From Candidatus Omnitrophota bacterium (lineage in GTDB: Bacteria; Omnitrophota; Gorgyraeia; Duberdicusellales; 4484-171): 64,000 nucleotides of DNA. Where the stretch lies: assembly GCA_046484225.1 (NCBI GenBank), contig JAWOBO010000062.1:934-64933 (forward strand), in the 5' to 3' direction. The position numbers and the translations under genes are program-made. Each line of letters begins with the position of its first letter. The first letter of the stretch is position 1. Of this stretch, positions 9,960 through 19,351 are shown in pieces. Below the pieces are notes generated by a model. It worked only from the letters and a program-made list of their open reading frames with translations, did no database searches and was not told the origin of the DNA.

Positions 9960-10853
9960 TCAAGAAATCTTTCTGATAGTTTCTTGTAAAGTAAGACTAA
10001 TTTTTTTTAATTTATTTTTTTGGCTCGAAGTTAAATCTTCCTCAAATACTTTAGCAACTCCAGTTTTATTGATAAGACACCGAGTACCTAAACAAATATT
10101 TTTTAGGCCATATTCACCGTTTAATAAAACTGATACCGGGATTATCTGATTCTTGTTATGACTGATAGCCTCGATTAGTTTACAACAAGCTAAAGAAGGC
10201 CCGAAAACAGCACTTTTATTTTTAAAAAGTTCAACAATTTTAGCGCCTCTATATTTAACTGCCTCAGTTATTTCTTTTGGAATTTTTTGCTTGCGACCAA
10301 TAGGACTAACGATCATATCTTTACTGTGTGGCCCAAAAACAAAAGCTTGGCAAGAACTAGCTGATATCCCTGTTTTTTTTGATAAAATATTAAGAAGACG
10401 ACTTGTATCTAAAGAAGAACCCATTCCAACTACTTTTTGAGCAGAGAAACCAGTCTCTTTTAAAATTAGATAAGTAATAATGTCTAAAGGATTAGTTATT
10501 GTAATAACAATACTTTTGGGGCTGTATTTTTTAATTTTTGAAGCTGCTTCTTTGGCAATACCTGCATTAATTTTTAATAAATCAAGGCGGCTCATTCCTT
10601 CTTTGCGGGGAATTCCAGCGGAAAAAACAATAATATCAGAATTTTTAATCTGTGAGTAGTTCTTAGTTCCTTTAATTTGAGTTGAGAAATCTAAAATACC
10701 GCGAGTATCCTCAAGATCACAAGCAACTGCTTTGGCTTGATCTTGATTTATATCTAATAAAACAAGCTCCTCTATCCCTAAATTATTTAAAATATTAAAG
10801 GCTAAATTAGAACCTACTCCTCCGGTTCCAATAATTGATATTTTTCTAATCAT
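9960..10853 (-). CDS. mdh: Malate dehydrogenase (LDH-like)
   Basis: GTGGVG, AGIPRKEGMSRLDL (malate-specific Arg), TNPLD, LDTSR. Confidence 0.88.
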   Translation of the reverse strand: MIRKISIIGTGGVGSNLAFNILNNLGIEELVLLDINQDQAKAVACDLEDTRGILDFSTQIKGTKNYSQIKNSDIIVFSAGIPRKEGMSRLDLLKINAGIAKEAASKIKKYSPKSIVITITNPLDIITYLILKETGFSAQKVVGMGSSLDTSRLLNILSKKTGISASSCQAFVFGPHSKDMIVSPIGRKQKIPKEITEAVKYRGAKIVELFKNKSAVFGPSLACCKLIEAISHNKNQIIPVSVLLNGEYGLKNICLGTRCLINKTGVAKVFEEDLTSSQKNKLKKISLTLQETIRKIS

Positions 10854-10854
10854 T

Positions 10855-11943
10855 TTAAAAACTTTTTATTTTTTTAGCTACAGCTTCAGCAAACTCCTGC
10901 GTACCAACTGCAGTAGGATCGTCACGATCAAGCTTTAGGTCGTAAGTTAAAAATTTAGCTTCTTTAATTACTGCAGCAACAGCTTTTTCTAACTTCAATG
11001 CCTTTTCTGTCTCACCTAGATATTTAATCATCAAAGCTGCTGATAAAATCGTAGCAACAGGATTTACTTTATTTTTTCCCGCGTGCCGAGGAGCACTTCC
11101 GTGAGTCGGTTCAAATACTGCTATGGTTTGGCCAATATTTGCCCCCGGCGCAAGGCCAAGCCCCCCTACTAATCCTGCTCCTAAATCAGAAATTATATCT
11201 CCATAAAGATTGGGCAAAACCAACATATCAAAATTTTCTGGTTTTTGGGTAAGTTGCATAGCTAAATTATCAACTATAACATCATTATAATCAATTTTAT
11301 CCTTATATTTTTGTGCAACCTGCATAAAACTATCTAAAAAAAGGCCATCGCTATATTTCATAATATTTGCCTTATGAATACAGCTAACTTTTTTTCGACC
11401 ATTTTTCAGAGCATACTCAAAAGCAAACTTTGTTACTCTTTCTGAAGCACTTCTGGAGATTGGTTTAATAGATATTGCACTACCTGGCCTAACTTCCTTT
11501 TGCGAAATCTTGTTTATAGTTTCAACTAATTTATCTGTATCTGAGTCTTTTTCTTTAAATTCCACCCCGGCATAAAGATCTTCGGTATTTTCACGAATAA
11601 TTACTAAATCTATGTTTTTATACAAAGCCTTGGGGCTGTTAAAAGACTTAATCGGGCGAAGGCATACATATAAATCAAAAAATTGCCTTATAGCAACATT
11701 AATTGAACGAAAACCACTACCTACCGGTGTTGTGATCGGCCCCTTTAAAGCTACTTTATTTTTCTTAATTGACTCAATAGTATCCTTGGGAAGTAACTCT
11801 CCACCTTGATCCACAGAAGTTTTACCGGCGATTCTTTTGTCCCATTCAATATCTAAACCAAGTGCATCTACACACACCAAAGCAGCTTGAGTAACCTCTG
11901 GGCCAATTCCATCACCAGGAATAAGAGTAACTTTATAACTCAT
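10855..11943 (-). CDS. icd: Isocitrate dehydrogenase family, probably NADP-dependent IDH
   Basis: GDGIGPE, KGPITTPVGSGFRSINV, HKANIMK, NLYGDIISD, HGSAPRHAG, TYDL. Confidence 0.75.
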   Translation of the reverse strand: MSYKVTLIPGDGIGPEVTQAALVCVDALGLDIEWDKRIAGKTSVDQGGELLPKDTIESIKKNKVALKGPITTPVGSGFRSINVAIRQFFDLYVCLRPIKSFNSPKALYKNIDLVIIRENTEDLYAGVEFKEKDSDTDKLVETINKISQKEVRPGSAISIKPISRSASERVTKFAFEYALKNGRKKVSCIHKANIMKYSDGLFLDSFMQVAQKYKDKIDYNDVIVDNLAMQLTQKPENFDMLVLPNLYGDIISDLGAGLVGGLGLAPGANIGQTIAVFEPTHGSAPRHAGKNKVNPVATILSAALMIKYLGETEKALKLEKAVAAVIKEAKFLTYDLKLDRDDPTAVGTQEFAEAVAKKIKSF

Positions 11944-11945
11944 AG

Positions 11946-12443
11946 TTAAATCGAAAATCCTTTATGTTTGTCTAAATAGTTAAAAATACCCTTAGATTTT
12001 ATCAACTCCTTTTGAAATTCATTCCAAGGGTTAAAGGTAGACACCAGCTTATTCTTTTTTTTAATTTTTCCCTTATCTAAGTCCATAGTTATATTATCAG
12101 ATTCTTTAAGTGGATCAGTATCTGCTTCTACCAAAGCAAGTCCAATATTAAATGCATTACGATAAAAAATGCGGGCAAAACTTTTAGCAACAACACAAAT
12201 TATCCCGGCCTCTTTTATCACCCACGGAGCTTGTTCTCGAGATGACCCCATTCCAAAATTATCACCTGCAGCAATTATAGATTTATTGGCAACTACTTCC
12301 TGATAAAAATTAGGACGTATATCTTCAAATAAATAATGAGCCAGCTCTTTCATATCAGTTATAGAAAACTTATAACGTCCAGAAATTATCCAATCTGTAT
12401 TGATGTTGTCGCCAAACTTAAATATTCTACCTTTTAAAATCAT
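11946..12443 (-). CDS. Aconitase-family small subunit (LeuD/HacB type)
   Basis: NINTDWIISGRY, NFGMGSSREQA, SFARIFYRNAFNIGL. Confidence 0.9.
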   Translation of the reverse strand: MILKGRIFKFGDNINTDWIISGRYKFSITDMKELAHYLFEDIRPNFYQEVVANKSIIAAGDNFGMGSSREQAPWVIKEAGIICVVAKSFARIFYRNAFNIGLALVEADTDPLKESDNITMDLDKGKIKKKNKLVSTFNPWNEFQKELIKSKGIFNYLDKHKGFSI

Positions 12444-12445
12444 CT

Positions 12446-13492
12446 TTATAAACTATTAAATTCTGCTAAATTTTTTACTTTTCTCAAAGCTGCCTCTTTG
12501 GTAATTAATCCTTTTTTATAAAAAGTTTTTAGGCATTTATCCATAGTGTACATCTGGTGTTGCCCTCCCATCTGAATTAAAGAGGGAATTTGAGCAATAT
12601 CATTTTCTCTGATTAAATTCCTTATTCCCGGAGTTGAAATCATCACCTCTGTAGCTAGTATCCTCCCTTTACTTTCAGCCCGGCGCAATAAAACTTGTGA
12701 AATAACCGCCTGAAGACTTTCAGCAAGCTGAACAGTTACCTGTCTTTGCTGATGAGGAGGAAATACATCTATAATCCTTTGTATAGTTTGAGGAGCATCC
12801 GGTGTATGTAAGGTTGCAAGTACAAGATGGCCGGTTTCTGCTGCCGTTAAGGCTGTGGCAATAGTTTCAAGATCTCTCATCTCCCCTACCACCATAACAT
12901 CCGGATCTTGCCTGAGCCCCCTTTTTAAAGCTTCGGGAAAAGAATTAGTATCAGCAAAAACTTCTCTTTGCTTGATAATGCTTTTTTGATTTTTATAAAT
13001 AAACTCTATTGGATCCTCGATAGAAACAATAAGCTCTTTTCTGTGTTTGTTAATAAAATCAACCATCGCAGCTAGACTTGTACTTTTTCCGGTTCCAGTT
13101 GGCCCAGTAACTAAAATCAAACCGTTTGGTTTTTTTATTAAATCATAAACAATATCCGGTAATCCTAATGATTCAATAGATGGAATTTTTTTAGGAACTC
13201 TTCTTAGGGCTGCCTCAACGTTGCCCCGTTGATAATGAACATTTATCCGATAACGATCCATATCAGGTAAAGTGAAAGAAAAATCTAGTTCCCGATTTTT
13301 TTCAAAAGCAGCTTTTCTCTCATCATTAATCATACTATAGATTAATGATTTAGAACTTTCTTTAGTTAAAGGCTCCAACTCGGTAATAACTAACTCTCCA
13401 TCTATGCGTAAGATTGGAGGAAGCCCTACTGTAAAATGAATATCACTAGCGCTTTTACTCTCAGCTAACTTTAAAATATCATTTATCCGCAT
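12446..13492 (-). CDS. pilT: Type IV pilus retraction ATPase
   Basis: ASDIH, GPTGTGKST, EDPIE, VGEMRD, TAAETGHLVLATLH, GIRNLIRE. Confidence 0.93.
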   Translation of the reverse strand: MRINDILKLAESKSASDIHFTVGLPPILRIDGELVITELEPLTKESSKSLIYSMINDERKAAFEKNRELDFSFTLPDMDRYRINVHYQRGNVEAALRRVPKKIPSIESLGLPDIVYDLIKKPNGLILVTGPTGTGKSTSLAAMVDFINKHRKELIVSIEDPIEFIYKNQKSIIKQREVFADTNSFPEALKRGLRQDPDVMVVGEMRDLETIATALTAAETGHLVLATLHTPDAPQTIQRIIDVFPPHQQRQVTVQLAESLQAVISQVLLRRAESKGRILATEVMISTPGIRNLIRENDIAQIPSLIQMGGQHQMYTMDKCLKTFYKKGLITKEAALRKVKNLAEFNSL

Positions 13493-13503
13493 AAATAACC
13501 TCC

Positions 13504-14757
13504 CTAAGTTAGGATTTTGCGCGGGTCAGTAATTTCTCCTTTAATAGCTGATGCTACTACTGTCGCCGGAGAAGCCAAATAGATAAAAGCATTGGGATTA
13601 CCCATTCTTCCCTTAAAATTTCTATTTGCTGTAGAAATTGCTACTTCCCCATCCGCTAAAACTCCTTGATGGGTTCCTACACAAGGACCACACCCTGTGG
13701 GCAAAATAATTCCACCGGATTCTACAAATTTCTTTATGTAACCTCTATCCAGTGCTTTTTGGAATACAGCTCGGGAAGCCGGTGCAACTAGAAATTTAAC
13801 CCGAGGATGAATCTTATTTTTTGCTAGAATTTCTGCAGCTATTTTTAAATCTTCCAAACGCCCATTAGTACACGTTCCTAAAAAAGCCTGATCGATTTTT
13901 TTCCCTTTAATCTCTTCAATTGGTACACCGTTGTCAACATCATGAGGACAAGCTACATAAGGAGAGATTTTTGTAATATCAAATTCAATCACTTTTTCAT
14001 AGTTGCAATTTTTATCAGGAAAAATAGTGTTGTATTTTTTAACCCCTAATTTTTTTAAAAACTTTTTTGCTTTTTCATCAACCGGCATTAAACCATTTTT
14101 AGCCCCAAACTCAATAGTCATATTAGTTATAGTAAAACGTGCGTCCATTGAAAGCTTATCAACTACTTCTCCAGAGAATTCAATTGACTTGTAGGTGGCT
14201 CCATTTGAACCTAACTTGTTTATTATATAAAGAATGATATCTTTGCTATAGACCCCAAAAGGGACCTTTCCTTTAATGATTATTTTGTAGGTTTGAGGAA
14301 TTTTAAACCAATTTTTACCTGTAGAAAGTGTAACTGCTAAATCAGTAGATCCCACTCCCATGGCTAAAGTTCCTAAAGCTCCTGCAGTTGAAGTGTGAGA
14401 GTCAGCACCTAACACAAGATTGCCCGGCACAGCAAAACCTTCTTCAATAATTAATTGATGCGATACACCGCAACCAACATCAAAAAGAAGATTTTTATGC
14501 TTTTGCCTAAATTGACGCATGCGTGAATGAACCCTTGATACACCCAGATTAGGAGATGGGCTGCTATGATCAATAAACATTGCGTATTTTTTAGGATTGA
14601 GAATATTTTTTTTTGATTTGGCGAGGCTATCTAAGACTAAGGCTGATGTCCCATCTTGAGAAAAACAAAAATCTACTTGGCAAACCCCTACATTCCCGGC
14701 TTTAAGAGTTTTTTTGGCATGATTCGAAAATATTTTTTCTGCAATAGTTTGTGGCAT
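13504..14757 (-). CDS. Aconitase-family large subunit (short LeuC/HacA type)
   Basis: DH, GADSHT, GTCTNGR, CGPCVGTH, STANRNFKGRMG, LASPA; 417 aa. Confidence 0.9.
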   Translation of the reverse strand: MPQTIAEKIFSNHAKKTLKAGNVGVCQVDFCFSQDGTSALVLDSLAKSKKNILNPKKYAMFIDHSSPSPNLGVSRVHSRMRQFRQKHKNLLFDVGCGVSHQLIIEEGFAVPGNLVLGADSHTSTAGALGTLAMGVGSTDLAVTLSTGKNWFKIPQTYKIIIKGKVPFGVYSKDIILYIINKLGSNGATYKSIEFSGEVVDKLSMDARFTITNMTIEFGAKNGLMPVDEKAKKFLKKLGVKKYNTIFPDKNCNYEKVIEFDITKISPYVACPHDVDNGVPIEEIKGKKIDQAFLGTCTNGRLEDLKIAAEILAKNKIHPRVKFLVAPASRAVFQKALDRGYIKKFVESGGIILPTGCGPCVGTHQGVLADGEVAISTANRNFKGRMGNPNAFIYLASPATVVASAIKGEITDPRKILT

Positions 14758-14801
14758 ACAAATAACCGGTTATCAAGAAATAGTTGCAATATTTTTTTTG
14801 A

Positions 14802-15959
14802 TTATAATTTTTTAACAAAATTATTAATTCGCTCTAGACCTTTTCTAATCTGCTCTAAACTAGCAGAAAAGCTAATTCTAATAAAACCTTCTTTACCAAA
14901 AGAATCAGCTGGTATGCAGGAAACAAGTTCTTCTTCTAATAACCGGGAACAAAAATCAAAAGAAGTTAAACCTGTTTCTCTAATATCACAAAACATATAG
15001 AAAGTTCCTTCAGGCTTAAACGGCTTTATCTTGGGAGTTCCATTTAACCCCTTATACAACAGGTCTCTTCTCTTTTCAAACTTCAAACCAATCTGATCCT
15101 GCCATTTTCTATCTCCTAGTGCCGCCAAAGCTGCAGCTTGAGAGACAGAACACGGACATGAAGTGGTATGGCCTACAATCTTTGAAATCTCCTTTACTAA
15201 CTCTTTATTCGCTGCCAGATAACCAACCCGCCAACCAGTCATAGCGAAGCTTTTTGAAAACCCCCCTATGGTTAAAGTTTTATCTTGCATTGAATCTAAG
15301 CTAGCAAAACTAATGTGTTCTCTTTTGTCATAAACTAAAACTTCATAGATTTCATCACTTACAACTTGGATATTAGCATCTTTTATAACTTTTGAAATCT
15401 CTATGAGTTCCTTTTTGCTATAAGTTACTCCGGTGGGATTGTTGGGATAGTTAAAAATAAGGACTTTTGTCTTATCAGTTATTGCTTTTCTTAAAGCTGT
15501 GGGGGTCAATTTAAAATTATTTTGTTCTGTCAACTCAACAAACTTAGCTTTGGCAGGAGTAAGTTTAACCATCTCCGGATAACTCACCCAATAAGGTAAG
15601 GGAATAAGAACTTCATCTCCCGGTGAGACCAAAGACAATAAAGCTATAAAAACAGCATATTTTGCTCCGGAGGTAACAATAATATTTTCTTTATCAGCTA
15701 AAATACCATTGTTAGTTTTTAATTTATTAGCAATTGCTTCTTTTAGCCTGTTGTCACCAGAAGAGGGGGTATATTTAGTAAAACCCTCATCAATAGCAAC
15801 TTTTGCAGCTGTTTTTATAAAATCCGGAGTATCAAAATCAGGTTCCCCAGCTGCAAAATTTACAACATCCTTACCTTGTTTTTTTATTTGTTTAGTTAAG
15901 GCAGTAATTTTTAAAGTAGCTGATTTCGTTAAAGATAAAATTTGTGGATTTATTGACAT
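14802..15959 (-). CDS. PLP-dependent class I aminotransferase (aspartate aminotransferase-like)
   Basis: AGEPDFDTP, PNNPTG, SDEIY, FSKSFAMTGWRVGY. Confidence 0.92.
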   Translation of the reverse strand: MSINPQILSLTKSATLKITALTKQIKKQGKDVVNFAAGEPDFDTPDFIKTAAKVAIDEGFTKYTPSSGDNRLKEAIANKLKTNNGILADKENIIVTSGAKYAVFIALLSLVSPGDEVLIPLPYWVSYPEMVKLTPAKAKFVELTEQNNFKLTPTALRKAITDKTKVLIFNYPNNPTGVTYSKKELIEISKVIKDANIQVVSDEIYEVLVYDKREHISFASLDSMQDKTLTIGGFSKSFAMTGWRVGYLAANKELVKEISKIVGHTTSCPCSVSQAAALAALGDRKWQDQIGLKFEKRRDLLYKGLNGTPKIKPFKPEGTFYMFCDIRETGLTSFDFCSRLLEEELVSCIPADSFGKEGFIRISFSASLEQIRKGLERINNFVKKL

Positions 15960-15965
15960 ATCAAT

Positions 15966-16475
15966 TTAGGATTTTTTCTCTTTTTTAAACATTTTTTTAA
16001 AACCAGATAAACCTTTTTTCTTAGAAGCTTCTTCCTTTGTTTCTTTTTTTTCTGCCTGTTCTGGTTTTACTGGTTTAGTTTTAGTTTTTGTAGCTGTCTT
16101 TTCTTTAACCTTTTTAGCGCCCATTTTAGTTAACTCTATCTGTGACAACAAAGCCCCATCACTTTTTCTAAAACCAAGATTATAGATACGACTGTAACCG
16201 CCTTGGCCATCACGAAAACGAGGCCCAATTTCATCAAAAAGCTTTTTTACCAAAGAATGATCACCAATTATCTTAAAAGCTTGACGCCTAGCAGAAAGAT
16301 TATCTTTTTGCGCCAAAGTAATTATTTTATCAATATGAACTTTTAACATCTTAGCCTTTGGAGCGGTCGTTTTGATCTTTTCGCTAATAATTATTGCCCT
16401 AAGCAAAGATTTAACTAATGCTTTTCTTTGCCCCCGCGAACGTGATAATTTATTTCCTTTTCGTTTATGCCTCAT
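15966..16475 (-). CDS. rplQ: 50S ribosomal protein L17 with about 50 aa C-terminal tail
   Basis: MRHKRKG, IKTT, GGYSRI; follows rpoA. Confidence 0.96.
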   Translation of the reverse strand: MRHKRKGNKLSRSRGQRKALVKSLLRAIIISEKIKTTAPKAKMLKVHIDKIITLAQKDNLSARRQAFKIIGDHSLVKKLFDEIGPRFRDGQGGYSRIYNLGFRKSDGALLSQIELTKMGAKKVKEKTATKTKTKPVKPEQAEKKETKEEASKKKGLSGFKKMFKKEKKS

Positions 16476-16478
16476 ACT

Positions 16479-17465
16479 TTATACCTTCTTCATTTTTTCT
16501 TCATCAATATTCATTCCAAAAGAAAGACCCATTGTTTTTAGAAGAGCCCCGACTTCATTTAAAGATTTTTTTCCAAAATTCCGATAAGCTAAAATTTCCG
16601 GCTCAGTTTTTGTTACTAGCTCTGCTAAAGTCTTTATATTAGCTTCCCGTAGACAGTTGGCACTTCTAACTGAAAGTTCTAATTCAGAGACTGGTAACTT
16701 AAGTTTTTCATACAAAGAAATTTCTTCTGGAGTAAGTTCTTCATAATCTTCTTCCGGTAGTTCACCTAAAGTAAAGAAAAGCTCAAGATGTTTGTTTAAA
16801 ACCTTAGAAGCATAAATTAATGCTTCCTTAGGTTCAATACTAGCATCAGTAAAAATTTCTAAAATTAACTTATCATAGTCGGTTCTTTTTCCAACTCGAG
16901 TATTTTCGACTTTAAAAGCAACTCGTTTAACAGGAGTAAAGATTGAATCAATTGCAATGACTCCAATCGGCATATCTTCTCTTTTATTAGCTTCAGCCGG
17001 AACAAACCCACGGCCTCGCCCCACTTCCATTTCAATGTTAAGTTTTTTTCCAGCATCAGTGATCGTAGCAATATGATGATCAGGATTTACTATCTCAATT
17101 GTTTCGTCGGTAACAATATCTCTGGCTTTAATCTCTTTTTCCCCTTCAGCTTTAACATGAATTTTTTTCGGAGAACGAGAGTAAGCACGCAAAGTAAGTC
17201 CTTTTATGTTTAAAATGATTTCGGGTAAATCTTCTAAAACCCCATCTATTGGAGAGAATTCATGCCGGGCTTCTTTAATGTTGATTGATGTAACAGCAGA
17301 ACCCTCTATCGAAGAAAGAAGAACACGCCGCAAAGAATTACCAAGAGTCACCCCGTAACCCCTTTCCAAAGGATCTGCTATAAATTTACCATAGGTTGGA
17401 CTATAACTATCTTGGTCAACGGTTATTCTTTTTGGAAATTGAAAATCCCTCCAACTTATTCCCAT
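16479..17465 (-). CDS. rpoA: RNA polymerase alpha subunit
   Basis: PLERGYGVTLGNSLRRVLLSS, LSVRSANCL, NFGKKS. Confidence 0.98.
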   Translation of the reverse strand: MGISWRDFQFPKRITVDQDSYSPTYGKFIADPLERGYGVTLGNSLRRVLLSSIEGSAVTSINIKEARHEFSPIDGVLEDLPEIILNIKGLTLRAYSRSPKKIHVKAEGEKEIKARDIVTDETIEIVNPDHHIATITDAGKKLNIEMEVGRGRGFVPAEANKREDMPIGVIAIDSIFTPVKRVAFKVENTRVGKRTDYDKLILEIFTDASIEPKEALIYASKVLNKHLELFFTLGELPEEDYEELTPEEISLYEKLKLPVSELELSVRSANCLREANIKTLAELVTKTEPEILAYRNFGKKSLNEVGALLKTMGLSFGMNIDEEKMKKV

Positions 17466-17488
17466 AATTTTTCCTCCTCTATATTGAT

Positions 17489-18118
17489 TTACTTAGAATA
17501 AAGTTCAACAATTAACTGTTCTTGTATCGGTATAGTAAGATCTTCCTTAGTGGGTAATCTTTTTATTGTAATTTTATAGTTTTGATTATCAACACTAAGC
17601 CATTCCGGTATACTTTTTTCTTTTTCACTTATTTGGATATTTTCTTTTATTAAATTTTTAAGCCCCTCGTCTATTCTAAATTCAATCACTTGATCTTTTT
17701 TAATTAAGAATGAGGGGATATCAACTCTCCGGTTGTCAATAAAAACAAACCCATGACGGACCAATTGCCTGGCTTGAGATCTTGACAATGCAAAAAGTGA
17801 CCTAAAAATTATGTTGTCTAATCTTCTTTCAAGCTGCTGAACTAAAATTTGCCCCGTAGCTCCTTCAGATTTATGAGCTATTTCAAAAAATCTTCTAAAT
17901 TGACGTTCAAGCAGCCCATAAATATTTTTTGCTTTTTGTTTTTCACGCAGCTGTAAAGCATAGTAAGAAGGTTTAGACCTTTGCCTCCTTTGCATCCCGG
18001 GAGGAGTTGGCCTTTTAGCTACAGCACATTTTTCCGTTAAACATCTGATACCTTTGAGGTACAACTTCATTCCCGCTCTCCGGCATAATTTACATTTTGG
18101 TCTTAAATCTCTTGCCAT
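17489..18118 (-). CDS. rpsD: 30S ribosomal protein S4
   Basis: CKLCRR, QLREKQK, LERRLDN, QLIVELYSK. Confidence 0.97.
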   Translation of the reverse strand: MARDLRPKCKLCRRAGMKLYLKGIRCLTEKCAVAKRPTPPGMQRRQRSKPSYYALQLREKQKAKNIYGLLERQFRRFFEIAHKSEGATGQILVQQLERRLDNIIFRSLFALSRSQARQLVRHGFVFIDNRRVDIPSFLIKKDQVIEFRIDEGLKNLIKENIQISEKEKSIPEWLSVDNQNYKITIKRLPTKEDLTIPIQEQLIVELYSK

Positions 18119-18162
18119 ATAATTTCTCCTATTATTTATTAACCATTTTCTCTTTATTTATT

Positions 18163-18192
18163 CTATCGACCATAGACTATCGACTATGGACT
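18163..18192. repeat. Heptamer tandem repeat (CYATNGA)x4 behind rpsK stop
   Basis: CTATCGA CCATAGA CTATCGA CTATGGA CT. Confidence 0.65.
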
Positions 18193-18195
18193 TTA

Positions 18196-18594
18196 TTAGA
18201 CTCTTCTTTTTTTCTTCAGCCTACAACCATTATGCGGAGCAGGACTCGCTACTTTGACCCGCTTTACATCTAGGCCGGCAGCTGAAAGAGCTCTGATAGC
18301 TGATTCACGTCCCGGGCCTGGCCCCTTAATCAAAACATCAACTTCTCTTAACCCCATAGCTTTGGTAGCTTTAGCGACCTCTAAGGAAGTAATTTGAGCT
18401 GCATAAGGTGTTGATTTCCGTGCTCCTTTAAATCCTATCCCTCCAGCCGACTTCCAGGCTAAAACGTTTCCGCCTAGATCTGTTATTGAAACAATTGTAT
18501 TATTAAAAGTAGCCTTTATCCTCGCTACACCGGCTGAAGACTTAAGCTGAATCTTCCTCTTTTTTCTTTCTTTTCTTTTTGGTTTCTTAGCCAT
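18196..18594 (-). CDS. rpsK: 30S ribosomal protein S11
   Basis: [35 protein letters not shown]. Confidence 0.97.
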   Translation of the reverse strand: MAKKPKRKERKKRKIQLKSSAGVARIKATFNNTIVSITDLGGNVLAWKSAGGIGFKGARKSTPYAAQITSLEVAKATKAMGLREVDVLIKGPGPGRESAIRALSAAGLDVKRVKVASPAPHNGCRLKKKRRV

Positions 18595-18615
18595 AAAACT
18601 CCTTTAAGGTATTAA

Positions 18616-18984
18616 TTACCTTCTTTGCCCTCCAACCCGAGATTTAGGGCCCTTTTTAGTTCGGGCGTTACAACGAGTGCGTTGGCCTCTGACCGGTAAA
18701 CCTTTTTTGTGCCGCATCCCCTTGTAAGACTTAATCTCAATTAATCTTCTAATATCCTGAGAAATTTGGCGTCTCAATTCGCCTTCGACAGTATAGTTAG
18801 ACTGAATATATTTGGCAAGCTGAGAAACTTCTTCATCTTTGAGGTCTCCAGCTTTCCTTTCAGGATCAATCTCTGTATTCTTTAAAATTTCATCAGCTTT
18901 CTGAGGACCAACCCCATAAACATAACGCAAAGAAATTTTTATTTTTTTATTTTTTGGAATATCTACCCCTAATATTCTTGGCAT
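18616..18984 (-). CDS. rpsM: 30S ribosomal protein S13
   Basis: MPRILGVD, LPVRGQRT. Confidence 0.97.
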   Translation of the reverse strand: MPRILGVDIPKNKKIKISLRYVYGVGPQKADEILKNTEIDPERKAGDLKDEEVSQLAKYIQSNYTVEGELRRQISQDIRRLIEIKSYKGMRHKKGLPVRGQRTRCNARTKKGPKSRVGGQRR

Positions 18985-19028
18985 TTTTACTTCACTCTCC
19001 TCTAATTTAATTCAAAAACTATCAACCT

Positions 19029-19066
19029 ATTGCTTAGCGCAAAGCGCACAGCGCTATGCTCTTTGC
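19029..19066. repeat. Heptamer/palindromic element family E, copy 1
   Basis: ATTGCTTAGCGCAAAGCGCACAGCGCTATGCTCTTTGC, nearly identical to 42575. Confidence 0.82.
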
Positions 19067-19069
19067 AAA

Positions 19070-19183
19070 TTAGCCTTGCCGTTGCTTATGCTTAGGGTTT
19101 TTACAAATCACCCTTACAACCCCTTTTCTTTTTATTAATTTACATTTATTACAAACTCTTTTTACCGAACTTTTAACCTTCAT
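19070..19183 (-). CDS. rpmJ: 50S ribosomal protein L36
   Basis: Hand translation [37 protein letters not shown] (below ORF-track cutoff). Confidence 0.97.
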   Translation of the reverse strand: MKVKSSVKRVCNKCKLIKRKGVVRVICKNPKHKQRQG

Positions 19184-19263
19184 TGTTTTACTTCCTGTGT
19201 CTCTTTTTGTTAATCTTACCTTTATTTTTCTTGAAAAGCTTTATTTGTTATTTAAAATTATCA

Positions 19264-19318
19264 ATGGATCAATTACTGCCCTTCGGGCAGGATCTGCTTC
19301 GCAGATAAATTGATACAT
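19264..19318. repeat. Branched palindrome: outer stem plus two 6-bp hairpins with 3-nt loops
   Basis: ATCAATT..CTGCCC-TTC-GGGCAG..ATCTGC-TTC-GCAGAT..AATTGAT. Confidence 0.75.
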
Positions 19319-19351
19319 CTCTATATTTATTAATATTAATTATCTATAATA

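Noticed and set aside
19188-19247. Possible infA remnant ([13 protein letters not shown]-stop before rpmJ)
   Set aside because: No start, an upstream in-frame stop, and similarity too weak in AT-rich DNA.
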